A stretch of DNA of 64,000 nucleotides, from NCBI GenBank assembly GCA_951406725.2, contig OX597827.1, forward strand, positions 12,524,001 through 12,588,000, read 5' to 3'. This document shows, one piece after another, positions 40,125 through 52,286 of the stretch (position 1 is the first letter of the stretch; each line of letters begins with the position of its first letter). Below the pieces are notes generated by a model, which was not told the DNA's origin, made no database searches, and saw nothing but the letters and a program-made list of their open reading frames with translations. This DNA is from Octopus vulgaris. Lineage: Eukaryota. Both the position numbers and the translations under genes were made by a program.

Positions 40125-40180
40125 ATCCTTGCAGGTTATGGGCCAGTTCACATGATACTGGGTCTAGCAGCAAAGTAAAT

Positions 40181-40203
40181 CTGAAATGAAAGAAGGAAGG
40201 AAA
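40181..40203 (-). other. Splice acceptor of the protocadherin exon; exon starts at 40180, so a non-coding upstream exon is implied
   Basis: Minus strand reads TTTCCTTCCTTCTTTCATTTCAG|ATTTAC: strong polypyrimidine tract plus CAG, 56 nt before the ATG. Confidence 0.8.
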
Positions 40204-40330
40204 TATACGAGCATGAGTTACAGCAAACAAAACAAAAAATAGTAATATATAGTAATATACATACATTTATATCTATGCACTAATATATAGATACATATAT
40301 ACATACATACATTTATATATATACATATAA

Positions 40331-40396
<66 letters not shown>

Positions 40397-40419
40397 TAGA
40401 TACATATATACATACATAC

Positions 40420-40464
<45 letters not shown>

Positions 40465-40574
40465 TATATACACACACATGGGTGTGTTGTGCATCTATCT
40501 GAGTGTTTCTAAGTATACATATACATATCTAGAGAGAGAGAGGGAAAGAGAAAGAGGGAGATATGTATATGTAC

Positions 40575-40636
<62 letters not shown>

Positions 40637-40710
40637 TAAATATTATGTATATTTCTACATATATGTGTGTGTATATATATATGTACACACACACACACAC
40701 ATTACACACG

Positions 40711-40752
<42 letters not shown>

Positions 40753-40873
40753 CATACACACACACACACATAAATATTATTTATATTTCTACATATATGT
40801 GTGTGTGTATATATATATACACACACACACACACACATTACACACGCCCACACACACACACACACACACACCC

Positions 40874-40906
<33 letters not shown>

Positions 40907-41309
40907 TACATATGTATAATACATATATATAAAAGAGAGGAAGAGAGATAACGGAAATAAGACAACAATAAAAAAAAAATTATATTTGATTATTCAAAAT
41001 AATATTTAGTCCTGGAAGAATTTCTTTTAAGCTTCCTTATCTCAGCAGAATAACTCAATAAAGGAGAAAAGAAAATAAAAGAGGCAAAGATAAGAGTCTG
41101 AAAATCATATACAGAACCGAAATAGTTGACATTGTAGCTAGAAATTTATAAAGATAAGCTGGTGGGAGGAGTGGCAGTGGGGTGTGATGGGGAGAGGTAT
41201 GAACAAGCAGAAGATAGATGAATCAAAGACAATATTTTCTGACTGATATATATATATATATATATACATATATTTTTTTTTCCCTTGCTCAAAAGATATA
41301 ACATTTATT

Positions 41310-41440
<131 letters not shown>

Positions 41441-41475
41441 GTAGATCATATATATATAGATATATATAGATATAG

Positions 41476-41512
<37 letters not shown>

Positions 41513-42099
41513 TATGTATACATACATGTGTGTATTGTATACATGCATATATATGTATATATATATATGCATATCTATATCTATATATATATATACACAC
41601 ACACATATATATATATATACACATACACACGTACATATATATATGTATAAATGGGTATGCTTGTGTGTATGCATAAACATATAAGTATATCGATCTATAT
41701 ACATATATATGACTCTGTGTGTGTGTGTGTGTGCATGTATATATGTATACACACTTTTTCTTTTTCAGATCATGAGAGAATTCTAAGGTAGAACTGACAT
41801 ATAGGGATAAACTTCAGTATAACTGAAATGGTACTGAAAATCCGTTAATATTTACGTTCATTTCAAAGCAATGTTGTACAATAAATAACTAATTTATTTT
41901 TAAGATTAAATATTTATTTAACATCCGTAACATATTTTGCATTCTCTTAGTTAAAGAACTTAGCTTATCCTGATTATTCACCTTCTACACTCGTATATTT
42001 TTACTGAGCTAAGAAGACAGAAGAGCCTTTATGAAGTCAGTTGACCAACTAGAGACAGAAGGAAAATATCTAGCAAACCACAACTCTTGAATAATTTTT

Positions 42100-42306
42100 T
42101 TCTAATAAGGACACAAGGCCCGAAATTTTGGAGCAAGGGACAAGCTGATTATATCGACCCCAGTGCATAACTGGTACCTATTTAATCGATCTCGAAAGGA
42201 TGAAAGGCAAAGTCGACCTCGACGGAATTTGAACTCGGAACGTAGTGACAGACGTAACATCGCTAAGCATTTCGCCTGGCATGCTAACGTTTCTGCCAGC
42301 TCGCCA
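42100..42306 (-). mobile_element. SINE family B
   Basis: Family B core and head. Confidence 0.85.
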
Positions 42307-42644
42307 AGGCACAATAGATGGAGAATGCTGTCAAAGATACCTATATATGTATATATTTATGTATATATGCATATATATATATATGTGCATATAGATATAT
42401 ATATATATATAGATATATATATATATATACGCACACACACACATACATACACACACATAGATAGTTAGATTGTTCGAAGTAGTGTTCAGATTTTATATAT
42501 TAAATAAAAGGTGATCAGAATTGTGTATAATTATCTATTAGTACTTCCATCTCATTCATTTCTGAGACTCATCAGATATGAGTTTTACAGAAAATTTTAT
42601 GCTTTTTTCTGTAAATCGGAAGAGAATATTTTTTTGGTAATCTC

Positions 42645-42686
<42 letters not shown>

Positions 42687-42859
42687 CGTGTGTACATATA
42701 TGTGTGTATCTATGCGTATGCATGTGTGTGGTGAATTTTCAGAGATTTTGTCAGAGAAAGAAAAAGAGAAAGAGAGAAAAACTGGAAGATAGAAGATTGT
42801 ATGCATATCATCATCATCATCATCATCATCATCATAATCATCATCATCATCATCATAAT

Positions 42860-43135
42860 CATCATCATCATCATCGTTTAACATCCGTTTTCCATGCTAG
42901 CATGGGTTGGACGGTTTGACGGGGTCTGGGAAGCCAGGAGGCTGCATCAGGCTCCAGTCTGATCTGGTAGTGTTTCTATGGCTGGATGCCCTTCCTAATG
43001 CCAACCACTCCATGAGTGTAGTGGGTGTTTTTTACGTGCCACCGGTACAGGGGCCAGAGGAGCTGGCAAACGACCACGATTGGTTGCTGCTTTTTATGTG
43101 TCACCGACACAAATACCAGTCAGGTGGCGCTGGCA
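42860..43135 (-). mobile_element. SINE family D
   Basis: Homologous to 4423-4745. Confidence 0.8.
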
Positions 43136-43303
43136 TATATATATGTACATATATATATGTACATATATATATGTACATATATATATGTACATATATATAT
43201 GTACATATATATATGTACATATATATATACACAGATCATCATTATCATTGTATGTGTATCTCTCTCTCTTTCTCTCCCTCTCTCTCTCTCTCTATATATA
43301 TAT

Positions 43304-43870
43304 ATGCATGACAATACTCCCTCCCACTCTGCTAGGACACCCAAACATTGCTAGGATCTTACAGCATACAAGGTGAAAGAAAGGTTGATGGTATGGCCAC
43401 CATCGAAGGCGGCGAGCTGGCAGAAACGTTAGCACGCCGGGCGAAATGCTTAGCGGTATTTCGTCTGCCGTTACGTTGTGAGTTCAAATTCCGCCGAGGT
43501 CGACTTTGCCTTTCATCCTTTCGGGGTCAATAAATTAAGTACCAGTTACGCACTGGGGTCGATGTAATCGACTTGATACCTATGTCTGTCCTTGTTCGTC
43601 CCCTCTGTGTCTAGCCCCTTGTGGGTAATAAAGAAATAGGTATGGCCACCAGCATCTCTGGATCTCAACCCTATAGAAAATTTTTGGTCCATCATTAAAC
43701 AAGAAGTTTATGCCAATGGACACCGATTAAAATCAAAAGATGTCTTATGGGTGACCATCAAATCTGCAGCAGAGACAGTCCAACCTGCTACTATTAAGAA
43801 ATTACCAAATTCCATGACTAATAGGGTTTTTGAAGTTATCCATCAAAATGACACTCATGTGGCTAAATAA
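43304..43870 (+). pseudogene. Tc1-family transposase remnant interrupted by a SINE
   Basis: [11 protein letters not shown] ... LMVWPP | WPPASLDLNPIENFWSIIKQEVYANG...VAK*: second catalytic D and the SPDLNPIE-like E motif. Confidence 0.88.
43403..43638 (+). mobile_element. Young full-length family B SINE with 13-bp TSD
   Basis: TSD GGTATGGCCACCA at 43390-43402 and 43639-43651. Confidence 0.92.
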
Positions 43871-44037
43871 TTCACACACAAATGATAAGGGTTTGTTTTA
43901 CTTTCAGTGTTCATCTACCAAGTCTAATTGCAAGATTTTTGTCTGTCAGGGAATGTAGTAGATAACACTTGTTCCAGGTCCCTCACAGGGAAGGGAATAT
44001 AACTGGCTAAATTAACTTGGCTTTATATTTTATGAGC

Positions 44038-44345
44038 ATCATCATCATCATCATCATCATTTAGCGTCCGCTTTCCATGCTAGCGTGGGTTGGACGGTTC
44101 AACTGGGGTCTGGGAAGCCTGAAGGCTGCACCAGGCCCAGTTTGATCTGGCAGTGTTTCTACGGCTGGATGCCCTTCCTAACGCCAACCACTCCGTGAGT
44201 GTAGTGGGTGCTTTTTACGTGCCACCCGCACAGGTGCCAGATGGGGCTGGCAGATGGCCACGAACGGATGGTGCTTTTTACGTGCCCAGTCGGGGCGGCG
44301 CTGGCAATGGACACGGTCGGGTGGTGCTTTTTACGTACCACCGAG
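44038..44345 (-). mobile_element. SINE family D
   Basis: Homologous to 4423-4745. Confidence 0.82.
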
Positions 44346-44489
44346 CACTAGAGAAATAATAGGTAAAGTCAATCCTGATGGCATTTGATCTCCTTAATTG
44401 ACAAATTCAATGACTGAGTCTGTTATAAGCATGGATGTGAAGTGCAGGGATGTCTATGTACATAGGAAGATCCCTTTGAAATTATATGG

Positions 44490-45290
44490 TTTTGGGTTCA
44501 GTCCCATTGAACCCACTGCATGACACCTTGGGCAAGTGTCTTCTACAATAGGCTTGGGCCAATCAATGCCTCGTGAATGAATTTCGTTGATGATGGATGG
44601 AAACTGTGTGGAAGTTTGGTACATATATATTCATTTACTTGCTTTTCAGTCACTTGACTGTGGCCATGCTGGAGCACCACCTTCAAGGGTTTTAGTCGAA
44701 TAAATTGACCCCAAATATTTATTTTTTAAGCCTAGTACTTAGTCTATCAGTCCTTTTTGCTGAACCGCTAAGTTATTGGTATGTAAACACATTAACACCA
44801 GTTGTGAAGCAGTGATGGGGGACAAACACAAACACAAAGATACACACTCATATATATATATATACATGTGCGACAAGTTTCTTTCAACTTCAGTCTACTA
44901 ATTTCACTCACAAAGCTTTGGTCTGCCTTAGGCTATAGAAGAAGACACTTGCCCAAGTGTCACACGAAGAGACTGAATTCAGAACCAAGTGGTTGAGAAG
45001 CAAGCTACTTACCACACAGCCACGCCTGAATCTATATATTATTTACATATTTATGTGTATATATGTATATATGTCATTGTGTTTGTTTGTCTCATCACTG
45101 TATGATAACCAGTGTTGCTTTGTTTATGTCCCTGTACCTTATTCGTTCAGTAAAAGAGACCAACAGAATAAATATGGGAGTTTAAAATAAATATTGGGGG
45201 TCGATCTGCCTGATTAAAAACACTTCAATGAGGTGCCACTCCAGTATGGCCACAGTACAATGACTGAAGCAGAAGCAAGTAAAAGAAAAA
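44490..45290. mobile_element. Nested family A SINEs (minus copy inside an older plus copy)
   Basis: Plus head 44490-44620, minus copy 44635-45025, plus tail 45075-45290. Confidence 0.72.
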
Positions 45291-45404
45291 AAAAATACCA
45301 AAAACAAAAAAAAACGATACAATGCCTGATTAGAACTCCAAAACATTTAACCTGAACCTAAAGGTCGCTATGAAATATGACTCAAACTTACAATGTACTC
45401 CATA

Positions 45405-45777
45405 TTACTCTTTTTACTCTTTTACTCTTTTACTTGTTTCAGTCATTTGACTGCGGCCATGCTGGAGCACCGCCTTTAATCGAGCAACTCGACCCCGGGA
45501 CTTATTCTTTTGTAAGCCCAGTACTTATCCTATCAGCCTCTTTTGCCGAACCACTAAGTGACGGGGACATAAACACACCAGCATCGGTTGTCAAGCAATG
45601 CTAGGGGGACAAACACAGACACACAAACACACACACGCATATATATATATACATATATACGACGGGCTTCTTTCAGTTTCCGTCTACCAAATCCACTCAC
45701 AAGGCTTTGGTCGACCCAAGGCTATAGCAGAAGACACTTGCCCAAGGTGCCACGCAGTGGGACTGAACCCGGAACCA
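45405..45777 (-). mobile_element. SINE family A, 5'-truncated
   Basis: Homologous to 883-1297; stops inside the tRNA-like head. Confidence 0.88.
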
Positions 45778-47381
45778 ACCAACTATCAAACAATTCACTA
45801 CACACCAATAAATCCAACATACAAGATATCATCCCAAGCCTACCGCATGCCATAGTATACCATTGTAACCCATACGGCACTATTGGAACTGCTTATACAA
45901 TTGAAAGCTAACTCAATTTCAACCTAACTGTTCATTATAGATTTACTGATAATAATTTTTCACACTTTAATGAGTTCTTCTAATTTCAAGGGTTTTTTTG
46001 TTTATTTGGTTTTGTCATTGTTACATAGTTTATTTTTATTTTTATTTTTATTACTTTTATTTTTAGTTTGAAATATTTATTGCTTTTGTTTTAATTGTAA
46101 AATTTAAATTTAGGAAAATAACTGCAATTCTGTAAGCAGTTTATTCCTCACCAGTATAATTACCTTCTGCGTGAAACAACAGTCGTCAGTCAAAAGTAAT
46201 TAGACTCGCCTGAGAGGCACACATTATAGTAAAAGTTGACGCCTAGACTAATAACTTGAGGGAACAAAAATAAACAATAACAGAATCTATCAATAGGAAA
46301 AAGAGAAAATGTATATAAAGCAAAAAAAGAGTTGGGAGATTTTTTGAAAAGATGAAGGTTTTGTACAGAGGGTTGCGTGGGGGCTGTTGTGTGTTGGGTG
46401 CAGAATGGAGTGGAGCACACGATGGAGACGTGGTCAGGGGCGATGGGAATGGTGGTGGTGGTGGGGGTGGGGAATGGTGTGGGGGTTAAAGAAGAGAGCT
46501 GCAGCAGCTTATGGTTTCCTTCTCTGAGCATTTATATTTAAGGAGGAATGAATGATTGAAAGAATGAGTAAATGAATGAATTAGGAAATTATACCATTCT
46601 ATTTTTCTGTTTGATTTTGTTGTTGTAGTTGTTGTTTTTTTTTTTCCAAAAGAATGACAACAAAATGTATTGATTTTTTTTTTTTTTGATTTGTTGGATA
46701 TTTTTCTTGTATTTTTTTTTTCAGTTTTTTTTTTCCATTTATTTATTTTTTTTGTTCTTTTACCTGAGTAATTATCATCACATTGCAGGTTCTCTATAGC
46801 TTATTTTTTTTTTGTTCTCTCTTTTTTCTCTACATAATTATATACAGTTCCACTACCATCTACCACCATCTACCATCTACCCATGGGTAGATGGTAGATG
46901 GCAGATAGAAGTGGAACTGTATACCCCCCTACCCTCCTTATCACACGCATGCTCATCCTACTTCATCATGCTCTAATCCATACTGTAAACAACACCATGA
47001 TATATAACACCTCCACCACCAACACTACCACCATCACCACCACCATCCCCCCAGACTGTCACCGCCATCATCACCACCACCACCACCACCACCAGCACCA
47101 CCATCACTACCACCTCCTTGGCCATCATCACCAACAAAGCTACTTCAATCATGAGTCAAGAAAACCACTATGAAGTCACTCAACAACCAACTAGTAAAAA
47201 GAAATAGCAGCAAAATTCCCTTATGTCAAATCCTGTTGCCTTAAAAAAAGGAAGGACACTGTGCACCATAAAATCTTAGACATACAAAGGATGGAATGGA
47301 ATGGTATTGTCACACCTTGCAATACGTTTCATTACAGCATTGCTCAGTTTAGTCAAGGGTGATTCTGTGACAAAACTACTG

Positions 47382-47412
<31 letters not shown>

Positions 47413-47544
47413 AATTTTCCCAACTATGGAAAACATCGTCATCTTGGTAACAAATGTCATCAGCATACCATTACAGACTTCATAAGGAGAGCTGGATCAG
47501 CTAAAATACAAGCCAAACCACACCTTATTGTCTTTAAAAAAATC

Positions 47545-47593
<49 letters not shown>

Positions 47594-48201
47594 ATCATCA
47601 TCATCATCATCATCCTCATCCTCATCATCATCATCATCATTATCATTATTATTATCATTATTGAGTTAAAGAGCAATGCATGTCATCAAAGTGACACTGG
47701 GGTACAAATATACGAAGCCCAATATACTCATCATGACTACCCAGCTGATAAGAGCACACCAGGCACATGTATCACAACCACACAACCATATGTGTACAAC
47801 ATGGTGATCTCATATCAAGATAAATGGCGCATGACCATGTGGGTAGGGCTCAATTAGAATTTTCTTCAGGTCAAGTAGCCCATCATGCTGAAAAGGTTCA
47901 AAATAAAGTTTGTTTAAGGATCATGAATGAAACACTCATGTTTCCAGAGGTGAATTATATAAACTTCAAAAAATTCCTCTCAACACATGGCTACTTCTGC
48001 TCATGATCAGAGATGCACATATCGTCAGCCACAAAGGGACATGCTCAACTGGTTACGGTCAAGCAACTGACAAGCAAATCTGTGGTATTGAGCAGAATAT
48101 TTGCTGTGGCCCATCATTTATACCAAGACAAAACATGTACATGATAACACTTCCTATCAATTTAGATCAAAATCCATGAGATCCACAGCCTGTAACTATT
48201 A

Positions 48202-48251
<50 letters not shown>

Positions 48252-48822
48252 ATTATTAATTATTATTAAGGTGGCAAGCTGGTCAAAATACATTTAGAAG
48301 TTAGTTGGTACACTCACTAATCTATGACATCTAAGACATATGCTGATTGGTCAAAATATAGTTTGTAAGATTCAGCCTGCTGGAGCCCATAAAATAGTAT
48401 TTGAAGGGTAAATCCAACCATTTCACTACAATTGTCAATTGTGGAACATGACTGCCATTACATAAACCTTGATGATTGTAAAATGCATGAAAGTACTAGT
48501 TTATTTCAATATTGTAAAATTATAAAAGACTAAGTTGGAATTTCATTGATTAATATATTGTTCTACACACAATCATACAAACTTGGATACACACATACAC
48601 ACACCCATATATTTATGTGATATGTGATGTATATATATATATATATGATATATATATGTATACATATATATGTAGGCATGTATGCACATGTGTGTATGAT
48701 TTTTATATATCAGGGTAAAGCGTTTTACATGTAAGAGTAACTTAGCCACACAGTAAAGGGAGATAGAGAATATTAGTACCTTACTGTAATAGGTACAAGG
48801 TTTGATGGTATGTACTCTAAAA

Positions 48823-49205
48823 GTGTACCAACTAAGTCGGAGAGCTGGCAGAATCGTTCGCACACCGGGCGAAATGTGTAGCCGTATTTCGTCTGCCTTT
48901 ACGTTCTGAGTTCAAATGATATTGAATTTAAAACTGTTTCTGAGACAGTTTTGAGGTCATTTGTAAAATTATATTTATAAACTGCAAGGCGGCGAGTTGG
49001 CAGAATCGTTAGTATGTTCGGGCGAAATGCTGAGCAGTATTTGTCTGTGTTCAAATTCCGCCGAGGTTGACTTTGCCTTTCATCCTTTCGGGGTCGATAA
49101 ATTAAGTACCAGTTACACACTGGGGTCGATGTAATCGACTTAATTCGTTTGTCTGTCCTTGTTTATCCTCTCTGTGTTTAGCCCCTTGTGGGTAGTAAAG
49201 AAATA
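48823..49205 (+). mobile_element. Composite family B SINE insertion with 16-bp TSD
   Basis: TSD GGTATGTACTCTAAAA at 48807-48822 and 49206-49221; two heads inside. Confidence 0.85.
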
Positions 49206-49539
49206 GGTATGTACTCTAAAAATCCTCGTAGATGGTGCTGTAGCATGACCAAGGTCCAATGACTGAAACTAGTAAAAGAATGGTATGGTAGTATTCCATC
49301 TCTATAGAGTAAAATATCGTTCATTATGTTACACTGTAAAGGAAGACTTGAAAGAGTGAAATAATTGCAGATGCATTGCATCGCTTGCAGCTGCAAGGAA
49401 ATAATTTTCCACTAAGTTGCTCCTTACAATGAGATGCAGATGATGGAAGACCCGTCTACAATATGTACACATAGCTTTTAGTCATTTAGTGAGGGCACAA
49501 GTAATGACCATTAATTGTTAAGCGATGCATGTGAACCGA

Positions 49540-50070
49540 GAGTTTGCGGAAGTAATGCTGGAGGTTGTGGATCATACAAATTTCTTTGGATCCTTTGTTT
49601 CAAATGACAATAACATATTATGAGAACTAACTGCTGCATGTGTCTCCAGAACAGCAGAAATGATCAGCATATTACTATAAACTAACAGGGCATTCATTAA
49701 GCATGATGGCATGCATGAGTGCTCCTTTAGTGGGTTCCATGCTTTTGTATTAACGTTTATTATCACAGTGTGTTGTGAGACTTGGTCAATAAACTAAAAG
49801 AATTTCATGCAAGGTATTTGTTTTTCCAGAAACTGTCTGTTTATGTAAGGCTGATGTAGTTCCTATTAAACGGAGGAACACATGTTTAGAACTGAATGAG
49901 AACAGAAGATCAAAAATTGTAGTTTTCCAAACCTGTATTATGAGAAGGTGGGAATTGAATGGCTGCTGCTGTGCATTTGATTAAAAGAGATGAGGAACTT
50001 GTACTAACAGCAGTCATTAAAAGGGCTAATTAACGGATGAAGGTAAATTTGGTCAGTCTACAAAAGCAAA
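49540..50070 (+). pseudogene. Highly decayed RTE-like LINE fragment
   Basis: Scattered motifs EVVDHTNFFGSFVSND and CETWSI resemble RTE 'F.YLGS.I...' and 'GCETWT'. Confidence 0.4.
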
Positions 50071-50093
50071 CGCTATGGCTGTGAACATTCAGT

Positions 50094-50127
<34 letters not shown>

Positions 50128-51442
50128 ATTGTTCTTCTTGATGATGATGATGATGATGTGGCGGTGGTGGTGGTGATGGTGGTGGTGGTGGTGGTGGTGG
50201 TGGTGGGGATGATGATAATGATGATGATGATGATGATTATGATGACGACGGTGATGTTGATGACGATGATGATGACGACGGTGATGTTGATGATGATGAT
50301 GATGATGATGATGATGAGGATGATGATGAGGATGATTATGATGACGACGGTGATGTTGATGATGATGATGATGATGATGACGGTGATGTTAATGATGATG
50401 ATGTTGATGATGATGATGATGATAAGGAGGAGGTGGAGGAGATTGTTGCTGATGTTTTTGATCTTGTTAGCTCCAAGTCACTCCTAATTGAATTGGACTA
50501 TCATAAAATGCATCCCAGCCATGACCATCCTGTCTCTTTCTTTCTTTTTTTTTTTTTTTACTAAGGTTGTTGCATGCAGATATAGGACTGCATAATCTAA
50601 TGTATCTCTCTACTTTTTGAAGATGATAAACAAAAAAAGGTGGGGGTTACTTGAGGGCAGCTTGGATACTACAACTAGCATTTTCAGAAGCCATGAAATG
50701 GCTCTGTATGAATGGTTGGTGGTTTTAACTATTAACAGTCTTTATTAGTGAGCTTTGTCTTAGGCTGAATGGGGATGAAAGATGATGACAGACATTAACA
50801 CACACACACACAAAAACACACACACACACATACACACACACACACAAACATATACACACACATACATAAACATACACACACACATAGGCATCCCTTGACA
50901 CTGAACTGACGACTAATATGAGGTCGGAGCATGCTTGCTTCCTTTTATGTTGTGTTTATGTTTTCCCATAAATTTTGTTGTTGATTATCTGTGCTTCCGT
51001 TCCCATTCATAAGGCCACATGTGTGTGTATGTCTGTGTGCCAGTGTGTCTATGTGTGCACTAGCATGTGAATATATGAGCGTGCATATATGCATGTGTGT
51101 GCACAGACATACACACACACACACACATACACATACACATATGCACACATATTCATAATACAAACAAACACTAGCACACATATAGTTTATTATTTTAAGG
51201 TGGTGAGCTGGCAGAATCATAAGCACACCAGACAAAATGCTGCTGAGCATTATTTTCCGAGTTCAAATCCCGCTGAGGTCGACTTTGCCTTTCATCCTTT
51301 TGGGGGTCAATAAACTAAGTTCCACTTGAGTACTGAGGTCAATGTAATCAACCAAAATTCCAGGATTTGTACATGTAGTAGAAAGGATTATTTCTTGTCT
51401 TTTAAGGTTGGTAGGACATTGCTATGTTGAGAGTGTATATAA

Positions 51443-52286
51443 AAAAAACAATACATATTTCTTTATTACCCAGAAGGGGCTAAACATAGAAGGGACAAAC
51501 AAGGACAGACATGGGTATTAAGTCGATTACATCGACCCCAGTGTGTAACTGGTACTTAATTTATCGACCCTGGAATTTGAACTCACAACGTAACGGCCAA
51601 CGAAAATTAAAAAACAATACATATTTCTTTATTACCCAGAAGGGGCTAAACATAGAAGGGACAAACAAGGACAGACATAGGTATTAAGTCTATTACATCG
51701 ACCCCAGTGTGTAACTGGTACTTAATTTATCGACCCTGGAATTTGAACTCACAACGTAACGGCCAACGAAAATTAAAAAACAATACATATTTCTTTATTA
51801 CCCAGAAGGGGCTAAACATAGAAGGGACAAACAAGGATAGACATAGGTATTAAGTCGATTACATCGACCCCAGTGTGTAACTGGTACTTAATTTATCGAC
51901 CCTGGAATTTGAACTCACAACGTAACGGCAGACGAAAATTAAAAAACAATACATATTTCTTTATTACCCAGAAGGGGCTAAACATAGAAGGGACAAACAA
52001 GGACAGACATAGGTATTAAGTCGATTACATCGACCCCAGTGTGTAACTGGTACTTAATTTACCGACCCTGGAATTTGAACTCACAACGTAACGGCAGACG
52101 AAAATTAAAAAACAATACATATTTCTTTATTACCCAGAAGGGGCTAAACATAGAAGGGACAAACAAGGACAGACATAGGTATTAAGTCGATTACATTGAC
52201 CCCAGTGTGTAACTGGTACTTAATTTATCGACCCTGGAATTTGAACTCACAACGTAACGGCAGACAAAAATTAAAAAAACAATACA
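51443..52286 (-). repeat. Tandem array of 5 x 166-bp units of a deleted family B SINE
   Basis: Unit marker CAATACA at 51449, 51615, 51781, 51947, 52113, 52280; units nearly identical. Confidence 0.95.

Noticed and set aside
40125-40151. ORF-track N-terminus MNWPITCKD
   Set aside because: It starts at GTG; the ATG at 40124 directly begins the signal peptide.
41769-41787. Plus-strand 19-nt exon candidate after TTTTTCTTTTTCAG
   Set aside because: Weak donor (GTAGAA), not frame-preserving, and such acceptors occur by chance in T-rich DNA.
47660-48200. Complex segment between (ATT)n tracts, probably a repeat fragment
   Set aside because: No diagnostic motif or second copy in the window, so it could not be classified.
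51443-52286. Regular array that might be taken for CRISPR
   Set aside because: Whole 166-bp units are near identical, there are no unique spacers, the unit is SINE-derived, the context is eukaryotic and there are no cas genes.
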